Assembly: GCA_022646745.1 (NCBI GenBank)
Contig: CP060262.1
Coordinates: 60,001 to 92,000, forward strand
Origin: Planctomycetales bacterium
GTDB taxonomy: Bacteria; 4484-113; JAFGCY01
DNA length: 32,000 nt
Reading direction: 5' to 3'
The notes beneath the pieces are model-generated. The model had not been told where the DNA came from, made no database searches, and saw only the letters and a program-made list of their open reading frames with translations. This document shows positions 22,500 through 29,958 of the stretch, piece by piece. The number at the start of each line of letters is the position of its first letter. The stretch's first letter is position 1. Made by a program: the position numbers and the translations under genes.

Positions 22500-24356
22500 A
22501 TGAGTGATGAAAAGAGAGTGATCATCGTCGGAGGCGGGCTGGCCGGCCTGATGGGGGCCATCACCGCCTGCGAGAACGGCTGCAGCGTGGACCTCGTGAG
22601 CTACGTGCCCGTGCGCCGCAGCCACAGCGTCTGCGCCCAGGGCGGCATCAACGGCGCCGTCAACACCAAGGGCGAGGGCGACAGCCCGGAGTTCCACTTT
22701 GACGACACCATCTACGGCGGCGACTTCCTTGCCAACCAGCCGATGGTGCGCGACATGTGCTACGACGCGCCGAAGGTGATCTACCTGCTGGACCGCATGG
22801 GCGTGACCTTCAACCGCACGGCCGAGGGCCTGCTGGACTTCCGCCGCTTCGGTGGCACGCTCTACAACCGCACGGCCTTCGCCGGCGCCACCACCGGCCA
22901 GCAGCTGATCTACGCGCTGGACGAGGGCGTGCGCGCCTGGGAGGCCAGGGGCAAGGTGCGCAAGTTCGAGCACCATTCCTTCCAGTCCATCATCAAGGAT
23001 GGCAACAACAACTGCCGCGGGATCGTGATGACCGACATGCACTCGATGCAGAACATGGCGCTCAAGGCGAACGCCGTGGCGATCTGCACCGGCGGCATCG
23101 GCAGCATCTTCGGCAAGACCACCAACTCCGTGATCTGCACCGGCAGCGCCGCCGCGCGGCTCTACCAGCAGGGAGTGTGGTATGCCAACGGCGAGTTCCT
23201 GCAGATCCACCCCACCGCCATTCCCGGCACCGACAAGAACCGCCTGATCTCTGAGTCCGTCCGTGGCGAGGGCGGCCGCGTCTGGGTGCCGAAGAAGGCC
23301 GGTGATACCCGCAGGCCCGCGGACATCCCGATGGCTGAGCGCTGGTACTTCCTCGAGGAGAAGTACCCTGCCTATGGCAACCTGGTGCCACGCGATGTGG
23401 CTTCGCGCGAACTGTTCGACGTCTGCGTCAACCAGGGCATGGGCATCGGCGGCCGCTGGGAGGTCTACCTCGACGTCTCGCACATCCCGAACGACGTGCT
23501 GCACCGCAAGCTGGCAGGCGTGCTGGAGATCTACGAGAAGTTCATGGGCGAGGACCCCTACAACGGCCCGATGCGCGTCTTCCCCTCGATGCACTACACG
23601 ATGGGCGGGCTGTACATCGGCTACGGCGCGGAGACCAGCCGCAAGTCCGACCTGCCGGAGAACTGGGACCATTACCAGCACATGTCAAACATCAACGGCC
23701 TGTTCGCCGGTGGCGAGGCTGACTACCAGTACCATGGCGCCAACCGCCTCGGTGCCAACAGCCTGCTGTCCTGCCTCTGGGCCGGACGCGTGCTCGGCCC
23801 GCAGATGGCGGCCTACATCGCTGCCAACAGCGCGCTTGGCGAATGCAGCGATGCCGATGCCAGTGCGCATGTGAAGCAGCAGGACGATGCCTACGCCGCC
23901 GTCAGGAAGATGGATGGCAGCGAGAATGCCTACCGCCTGCAGGCCGAACTGCAGGAGAACATGACGAAGTTCTGCACGGTGGTGCGCAACAATGACGACC
24001 TGCAGAAGCTGGATGTGAAGCTGGACGAGCTGCTGGACCGCTGGGACAGCATCAACCTGCATGATGCCAGCACCACCTCCAACCAGGAGATCATCTTCAT
24101 CCGCGAGCTGCGTGACCGCCTGCTGCTGAGCAAGGTGATCGCGCGCGGCGCGCTCAACCGCAATGAGAGCCGCGGGGCGCACTACAAGCCGGCCTTCCCG
24201 GAGCGTGACGACGAGAACTGGCAGAAGACAACCATCGCCAGTTACGACGGCACCCGCAACCCGCAGTTCAGCTATGAGGACGTCGACATTTCCCTGATCA
24301 AGCCGCGCAAGCGCAGCTACAAGGCTGCATCGCACGGCGGCCAGGAAACGAAATAG
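22500..24356 (+). CDS. sdhA: succinate dehydrogenase/fumarate reductase flavoprotein subunit
   Basis: 618 aa. It has the FAD dinucleotide motif VIIVGGGLAGL, the covalent-FAD His context RSHSVCAQGGIN, and the active-site region HYTMGG ... RLGANSL. Confidence 0.95.
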   Translation: MSDEKRVIIVGGGLAGLMGAITACENGCSVDLVSYVPVRRSHSVCAQGGINGAVNTKGEGDSPEFHFDDTIYGGDFLANQPMVRDMCYDAPKVIYLLDRMGVTFNRTAEGLLDFRRFGGTLYNRTAFAGATTGQQLIYALDEGVRAWEARGKVRKFEHHSFQSIIKDGNNNCRGIVMTDMHSMQNMALKANAVAICTGGIGSIFGKTTNSVICTGSAAARLYQQGVWYANGEFLQIHPTAIPGTDKNRLISESVRGEGGRVWVPKKAGDTRRPADIPMAERWYFLEEKYPAYGNLVPRDVASRELFDVCVNQGMGIGGRWEVYLDVSHIPNDVLHRKLAGVLEIYEKFMGEDPYNGPMRVFPSMHYTMGGLYIGYGAETSRKSDLPENWDHYQHMSNINGLFAGGEADYQYHGANRLGANSLLSCLWAGRVLGPQMAAYIAANSALGECSDADASAHVKQQDDAYAAVRKMDGSENAYRLQAELQENMTKFCTVVRNNDDLQKLDVKLDELLDRWDSINLHDASTTSNQEIIFIRELRDRLLLSKVIARGALNRNESRGAHYKPAFPERDDENWQKTTIASYDGTRNPQFSYEDVDISLIKPRKRSYKAASHGGQETK

Positions 24357-24405
24357 GAGGCCCGGTGTCAGCCGGGCAACGGAGGCCAGACGAGAGTCTG
24401 GCAAC
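24356..24405 (+). repeat. two GGAGG-prefixed hairpins directly after the sdhA stop
   Basis: TAGGAGG lies at 24354-24360. The first hairpin is CCCGG-loop-CCGGG (24361-24376), followed by CAAC. Then comes GGAGG + CCAGAC-GAGA-GTCTGG + CAAC (24381-24405). Confidence 0.9.
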
Positions 24406-24570
24406 TAAGCTACTTGTTTAAATGGTTGCGGGGGCTACCCGTTGCAGTGCTTGTACGGAGCTCTGCTGACAACATGGTCAAGCAGCTGCCTTCCGGAGTG
24501 CATTGCACCCCTTGACAGGCCGTCCCTATACAGGCAACCAGGCTGGATACGATTTGCAGCCTGACCCTAC

Positions 24571-26490
24571 CTACTTCAGGATGCTCAACTTAAGCGGGTC
24601 ATTCAGCCTGGAGGTGAAGGCGGCAGGCAGACCACCCAGTGTTCCCGCCTCCACCATCGAATAGGAGTAGGAGGAGACATTCTCCGTGACTGAGGTGATC
24701 ACACTTGCACTCGCCGGCCAGCTGCTGCCGCTGCTGTCCAGCGCGCGGATGTACTTCGCCTCCGCAATCGTATAGGGAGTCAGCGAGGACCAGCTCAGTG
24801 CCGGATGGCCAAAGCTGTCATGGAACGCCAGACTGAAGCTGAAGGCAGTGTTGGCCACAACCTGCGGGCTGTCCCAGGAGCTTGCAGTGCCATCCGTTGA
24901 CCGCACGATGTACACATTGCTGAAATCCAGGTAGGCTATCGCAAGCTTCCCGTCAAGCTCTGCCATGGCTGGCGGACAACTATCAAACAGATCAGTCTGG
25001 ATCACCAGTTCATCCGCCTGCCAGCTGCCGCCCTGTGGATCCGCAGCACGAGCCAGTCGCAGCTCTGTGTCGGGTGATCCCAAAGGTGAATGGGCAAATG
25101 CCACGCAGGGGACACCACCAAACACAAGAAGGTTGGACTGTTCCTCAATTGTCACATCGAGCTCGCTGACCTTCACCGGACTGCCCCATGTATCGCCCAG
25201 GCTGTCGCTGGCCCGGTTGTAATAAAGGTAGGACTTGCTATCGGCGTGCACGAATTGCTGGAACAGAACAGCCGGGTTTCCGTCAACGATTGCCAGACCG
25301 ACCACTGATTGCATCAGCTCCGTTTCAGGAAGCGTCACCGGGGTGCCCCAGGCGGTGCCTGCCGCATTCTGTGCCAGAACGAACCTGAGTTCGAGGTCTT
25401 CCGGCGATCCCGCGTCAATGTCCATGGAATAGGCCACACATGGCCGGCCCTGAAGCTTCGCAATGAACAGGTTCTTCAGGTAGCCATTGCTGTCAATTGC
25501 GGTCGGACCCGCCGGCCAGCTTTCGCCACTTCCATCCAGTGCACGGGTATGGCTGAGGCCGAAGTCATTACCCGTGTGCACAATCAGCGGCGCTCCGTCC
25601 GCATCGAAATCCACCCTGCCCACGACATAGGTATCTGTGCTGATGGTCGCCCCGCTGTCCTGCCAGCCGGATCCTGCAGTTACAACCACGGTTGTCAATG
25701 CACTGGCCCCGCCATCATCCGTAATGCGCAGCTTAATGGGGTAACTGCCTTCAGTGCTGATCTCGAAGCTTCCAGCCGGCGCCGTGTCCTGGCTTGTCTC
25801 GTAAGTCCCGTCGTCATCCAGATCCAGCTCATACAGAGTGATGCTCCCGTCCTGGTCTGAGCTGGCACTCGCGTCATAATTGACCGTGAATGGCGCTTCG
25901 CCGAAGGCATTGTCAACATTCAGCACTGCCAGCGGCGGCTTGTTGCCGGCAGGAGGTGTACCGATCGCAAGCCGCTCAACCGTGGCCTGTGCATCTGCCG
26001 CGATGAGCACAGCCACCAGGAACCCGCCGTCAGCCGCAAACATCCCAGTCGGATTGCCGAATGGAATGTTCTGGATCGGCGCGCTGCCCGCCTGCACGAA
26101 TTTCCAGCGGCCGCTGCCGTAATCACTGAACCCGACATACAGCCCGTTCACCGCTGCACTGCACTGCAGCTCCAGTTCAGGGTCTCCTGTGTAATCCGGC
26201 AGGCTGAAGCTGTAGATCACATAGGCAATCTCGCCTCCCATTGCTCCGCCGGCGGTAAGCACACCGCTGTTTCCTTCGATTGCCGCGTTCTGGCTGGGCA
26301 GTATCGCGGAATACTGTGCTCCGTTCAGCTCTGCACCACTTGTTTCACTGCTGCTGCGCACCAGGCTGCCCAGCGGCGGGAGTTGCTGCTGCAGCGATGC
26401 CGGTGTCATTGAGTGGTTGCTGCCGGACTGCAGGCCGGAGCTGCATCCGGCGAGGAGCAGAAGGATTAGTAAAAAAGCTGCTGGCTTCAT
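24571..26490 (-). CDS. lipoprotein with PKD domain and BNR/Asp-box beta-propeller repeats
   Basis: The signal and lipobox read MKPAAFLLILLLLAGC. A PKD-like segment reads FTVNYDASASSDQDGSITLYELDLDDDGTYE ... LRITDDGGA. Six Asp-box-like motifs are present (S/A-x-D-x-G-x-x-W: DGSGESW, AAGTAW, SLGDTW, PQGGSW, DGTASSW, SSGSSW). Confidence 0.75.
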   Translation of the reverse strand: MKPAAFLLILLLLAGCSSGLQSGSNHSMTPASLQQQLPPLGSLVRSSSETSGAELNGAQYSAILPSQNAAIEGNSGVLTAGGAMGGEIAYVIYSFSLPDYTGDPELELQCSAAVNGLYVGFSDYGSGRWKFVQAGSAPIQNIPFGNPTGMFAADGGFLVAVLIAADAQATVERLAIGTPPAGNKPPLAVLNVDNAFGEAPFTVNYDASASSDQDGSITLYELDLDDDGTYETSQDTAPAGSFEISTEGSYPIKLRITDDGGASALTTVVVTAGSGWQDSGATISTDTYVVGRVDFDADGAPLIVHTGNDFGLSHTRALDGSGESWPAGPTAIDSNGYLKNLFIAKLQGRPCVAYSMDIDAGSPEDLELRFVLAQNAAGTAWGTPVTLPETELMQSVVGLAIVDGNPAVLFQQFVHADSKSYLYYNRASDSLGDTWGSPVKVSELDVTIEEQSNLLVFGGVPCVAFAHSPLGSPDTELRLARAADPQGGSWQADELVIQTDLFDSCPPAMAELDGKLAIAYLDFSNVYIVRSTDGTASSWDSPQVVANTAFSFSLAFHDSFGHPALSWSSLTPYTIAEAKYIRALDSSGSSWPASASVITSVTENVSSYSYSMVEAGTLGGLPAAFTSRLNDPLKLSILK

Positions 26491-26594
26491 GAATTGAACC
26501 TGTCTGGCTGGATTGGCACAGATATTCTACTACGCAAAGCGCTCTGCAGGGACCAGCCGCCTGGCCGGACCTTACGCTTTGCGGGCACTTTCCA

Positions 26595-28646
26595 TCAAAG
26601 AAGCCGTTCGAATTCCCTGCGGAAGTCCTCCTGTACCTGCTTCGAAAGCAGGTATGCGCTGTGGTTGACAACCCAGGGTGATGGCAGCGGGTACTTCCTG
26701 TTCTCCGGCACGCAGGCCCCGGCATGCCACAGTAACTTGGCACTGACCACATCCCCGTGGTGCCACCAGTTGACCCAGCGGCAATGCGCGAACACACCGG
26801 GTGAACCGTGCAGGTAGCGCGCGTTGCTGACAACGCGGTCAAACACCGGCTTGCCTGAATGCAGGGCGTTGAAGGCCATCCCGATGGTGTCCAGCGGCGA
26901 GCCGAAGGTCACGAACAGCTTCAGGCGCGACTGCATCTCTCCGGCGAGGCGCATGCCCACACGCCGCTGTCCGCTGCGAAGCGTGTTCAGGTCCTCAATG
27001 CGGTCAAGCTCCTGCAGGCGTTCGAAGTAGCGGCACAGCGCCTGGTAGGCCACCACCGTGCCAAGGCTGTGGGACAGCACGATCACGTTCGGTGCCCGCC
27101 GGCGTACGTCCTCACTTGCTTCATAGCGGTCCGGCAGCTGGTTTGGCATCAGGTCGCGGCCCAGCACCTGTTCCAGCTTCTCCTCGCTGAATTGCAGGAT
27201 CTCGCGGCGCAGCCGGAACATGTCGTCATTTTCATTGGTTGACACGAAGGCTGCGACATCGCCGAGGTACTCACGGAAGAACAGCAGGCCGCGGTGGATC
27301 AGCGCCAGCCAGGTGCCAGCCAGGATCAGCAGCACAGCCAGCGCGGCACCGGTGCTGTCGCCTGCCAGCCAGCCCCTCAATGCCATTGCGATCAGCACAA
27401 GGCCTGTGCCGAATCCGAGCAGTCGTTGCCAGCTGCAGCCTTCCCTGAGGATGCGCAATCCCATCATGGCCAGCAGGGCGAGGAGGCTTGCCAGCGGAAG
27501 GGAGAGCGCCAGCCAGGCCCAGGCATGCAGCCGTGGCAGCTGTCCCAGGGCATCCGCACTGGCCTGCATCTGGGATGTCAGCACCTGCCAGTGCTGATGG
27601 CAACCCCCGGCCACCAGCCAGTATGCGATCGCCAGCAGCAGCAGGAAGCAGCTGAACACAGCTGGCCTGGCCCGTCGGTGGCGGTCGTTGCGTTTTGTGT
27701 CATTGCCGGAATGCGGAGTGCTCACGCTGCCAACAAGCACGGCTGTGCCGACATAATGCACCAAAAGCGGTAACAGCACTGCAAGCAGTGCCAGCCAGGT
27801 CGACTGCTGCAGGAGCGGCGAGTCCCCCAGCATCCATGGGTTGGCAACCACGTCATGCACACTGGCATGCAGACCTTCCCACCAGCGGTTGATCTCCATG
27901 ATTGCAGGCAGGCGGCTCGCCAGGTGCACCGCCCAGCCCGCCAGCCATCCGAGCACCACCATGCTCAGGGACATCACGATCAGCGGCAGCACGATGATTA
28001 CCACAGCCAGCCTAGTCAGCAGTTTAATCAGCCGCCAGACCTCAGCCAGGCTTTCCATCTGGCCAAAGGCCTGCCCACGGTCCTCCCCCGCTTGCTCGCC
28101 ACTGCGGCTGCGGCCCCGGGCCCGTGCCGCTTCCTGCTCATCCTGCCTGTCCGGACGTTGCCAGCGCTGCATCGTCACAAAGGCGCGCACCACTGAGCTG
28201 AGCCCTCCCAGCAGCCACAGGATGGTCTTCCAGGCCTTGGCCCGGCCACTTGTGATTGGCGCCCAGTAAACTTCGGAACAGCGGATCACCAGCCTGCGTC
28301 CGCCGAGCCTGGCTGCGATATCGGGATGCAACTGCGACGGCTGCAGTGAAAGTACGACATCGCGGTCGCGGCGTTCGCGGTGCGTATGGGTGGAGACGCG
28401 GATCTGCCTGCCATCCTGCATGATCCGGTCCGGCTCGCTGCAGAGGCTGCGTATCATGAACTGGACCAGCTCATCAAGTGTGGCATAACGGTTCTGCAGC
28501 CCCATGCCATGGAACAGTGCAATCACGAATTCACAGATCCGCTCGCCGGAATGCTGCACCTCTGCCCCTGCCGATTCATCACTGGCTGCTTTCTGCCTGA
28601 CCATCCACTGCTCCAGGATCGGATGTGTGCCTGACTTTCGGTACAC
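26595..28646 (-). CDS. membrane-embedded alpha/beta-hydrolase-like protein (catalytic core split by ~6-7 TM segments)
   Basis: The N-terminal strand with the oxyanion-type motif FVIALFHGMG and EVYWAP is followed by about 330 aa of hydrophobic segments. After that come YLGDVAAFV, the nucleophile elbow VLSHSLGT, TFGSPL, and C-terminal HHGDVV and VVNHSAYL (candidate Asp and His). The longest start is the GTG at 28646; an alternative ATG at 28604 has GGAG 7 nt upstream. Confidence 0.6.
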   Translation of the reverse strand: MYRKSGTHPILEQWMVRQKAASDESAGAEVQHSGERICEFVIALFHGMGLQNRYATLDELVQFMIRSLCSEPDRIMQDGRQIRVSTHTHRERRDRDVVLSLQPSQLHPDIAARLGGRRLVIRCSEVYWAPITSGRAKAWKTILWLLGGLSSVVRAFVTMQRWQRPDRQDEQEAARARGRSRSGEQAGEDRGQAFGQMESLAEVWRLIKLLTRLAVVIIVLPLIVMSLSMVVLGWLAGWAVHLASRLPAIMEINRWWEGLHASVHDVVANPWMLGDSPLLQQSTWLALLAVLLPLLVHYVGTAVLVGSVSTPHSGNDTKRNDRHRRARPAVFSCFLLLLAIAYWLVAGGCHQHWQVLTSQMQASADALGQLPRLHAWAWLALSLPLASLLALLAMMGLRILREGCSWQRLLGFGTGLVLIAMALRGWLAGDSTGAALAVLLILAGTWLALIHRGLLFFREYLGDVAAFVSTNENDDMFRLRREILQFSEEKLEQVLGRDLMPNQLPDRYEASEDVRRRAPNVIVLSHSLGTVVAYQALCRYFERLQELDRIEDLNTLRSGQRRVGMRLAGEMQSRLKLFVTFGSPLDTIGMAFNALHSGKPVFDRVVSNARYLHGSPGVFAHCRWVNWWHHGDVVSAKLLWHAGACVPENRKYPLPSPWVVNHSAYLLSKQVQEDFRREFERLL

Positions 28647-28811
28647 AAATCCTTAATCCGTGGAGCATATCACAGCGGTTGCCCAAGATCCTCAAGCATC
28701 GTCCAGGCCATCATCAGGCCGCTGCCTGTCCTCGGACCGACTTCCGGTGTTAAGCTATTACTCACTCCGGAAGGGCCCGCGGGCCATCCGGGCCAGACAA
28801 GGACGTTTGCA

Positions 28812-29570
28812 ATGGCACAGACAGTGAGAGTTAAGGTCCTCCGCCAGGATGAGCCTGGCGCGAAGTCCTACTGGCAGGAGTTCGATGTCCCCTGGACGCC
28901 GGGCATGAACGCGCTTTCCTGCCTGCAGGAGATCCAGAAGAATCCCGTCACCGCGGATGGCAAGCCGGTCGCCCCGGTGGTCTGGGAAAGCTCCTGCCTG
29001 GAGGAGGTCTGCGGTGCCTGCAGCATGCGCATCAACGGCATCCCCCGCCAAGGCTGCAGCTACCTCGTCAGCGAGGGTGAGCACATCAGCTTCGAGCCGA
29101 TGAGCACCTTCCCGGTGGTGCGTGACCTGCTGATCGACCGCGACCGGATGTTCCGCGCCCTGCTGGAATCACACTCCTGGATCGACATCGACGGCACCCA
29201 TGACCTCGGCCCCGGCCCGCGCCAGAGCCCGAAGGACCAGAGCTGGATGTACGTGCTCAGCCGCTGCATGACCTGCGGCTGCTGCCTGGACGCCTGCCCG
29301 CAGGTGAATGACAGGTCGGATTTCGTCGGCCCGAGCGTGATCAGCCAGGTGCGCCTATTCAATGCGCACCCCTCCGGCAAGATGCACGAGGACAAGCGCC
29401 TCGAGTACCTGATGCAGCCCGGTGGCATCGTGGACTGCGGCAATGCTCAGAACTGCGTGAAGGTCTGCCCGAAGGAGATCCCGCTCACCCAGGGCATCGC
29501 CGAGATGGGCAAGGCCACGATGGCCTACTCCCTCAAGCGCTTCTTCCGCAAGGCCGACCTGGAAATGTAG
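28812..29570 (+). CDS. sdhB: succinate dehydrogenase/fumarate reductase iron-sulfur subunit
   Basis: 252 aa with three Cys clusters: SSCLEEVCGACSMRING (2Fe-2S), CMTCGCCLDACP (4Fe-4S) and CGNAQNCVKVCP (3Fe-4S). Confidence 0.9.
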   Translation: MAQTVRVKVLRQDEPGAKSYWQEFDVPWTPGMNALSCLQEIQKNPVTADGKPVAPVVWESSCLEEVCGACSMRINGIPRQGCSYLVSEGEHISFEPMSTFPVVRDLLIDRDRMFRALLESHSWIDIDGTHDLGPGPRQSPKDQSWMYVLSRCMTCGCCLDACPQVNDRSDFVGPSVISQVRLFNAHPSGKMHEDKRLEYLMQPGGIVDCGNAQNCVKVCPKEIPLTQGIAEMGKATMAYSLKRFFRKADLEM

Positions 29571-29643
29571 GAGGCCTGGCGCAAGCCTGGCGCGGTATTG
29601 CGGCGCATGCCGCTCAAAGGATACCGGACAAAAGTCTGGCAAC
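29570..29643 (+). repeat. GGAGG-hairpin module after the sdhB stop
   Basis: TAGGAGG lies at 29568-29574. Hairpins: CCTGGC-GCAA-GCCTGG (29575-29590, one mismatch), GCGGC-GCAT-GCCGC (29600-29613), and CCGGAC-AAAA-GTCTGG (29624-29639), followed by CAAC. Confidence 0.8.
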
Positions 29644-29719
29644 AGTCGGCGGAAGCAGAAGCAACAAACGCAAGCATGGCTGTCAGCCTGGCAATAGCCG
29701 GATCAACGATCTGGCCTCA

Positions 29720-29786
29720 TGTCAATAAGTCCACATCAGCAGCTCGTTGCCATACATTGACTCATTGACTCTTTAACTCATTGACT
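29720..29786. repeat. second, partly decayed copy of the octamer-periodic TTGACT element
   Basis: Right-arm blocks are TTGACT 29757-62, TTGACT 29765-70, TTAACT 29773-78 and TTGACT 29781-86. The 24-nt core CAGCTCGTTGCCATACATTGACTC (29740-29763) differs by 1 nt from 19487-19510. The left arm is degenerate (TGTCAA, AGTCCA). Confidence 0.8.
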
Positions 29787-29958
29787 CTTCACCCCCCTCC
29801 CGCCTGCCTGCTGTCGCTGCCAACAGATGTATCAGACAGCACTCTCATCCCTGATGTCAGGCTTTGTGCGATTTCCGGCAGGGGCTGTCAATTCAGGCTA
29901 AACTAATACGCCCTGCCCTGCCGGGCCGGCGAACCAGATAGATAATCCGGAGACAGCC

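Noticed and set aside
21144-23681. Long minus-strand ORFs (21144-22382, 22434-23681, also 23685-24404) opposite sdhC, the TIR-like ORF and sdhA
   Set aside because: They are antisense to confidently identified sdh genes and have shadow-ORF composition.
24406-24570. Possible small RNA or tRNA in the sdhA/lipoprotein convergent spacer
   Set aside because: It contains only short palindromes (GTGCA-T-TGCAC, GGCTG...CAGCC). I could find no cloverleaf or recognisable RNA-family signature by eye.
26534-26582. Terminator after the hydrolase gene (GCAAAGCG ... CGCTTTGC stem, 26534-26541 with 26575-26582)
   Set aside because: The 8-bp stem encloses a 33-nt loop and has no U-tract. The hydrolase and lipoprotein genes may be co-transcribed, so this is too weak to call.
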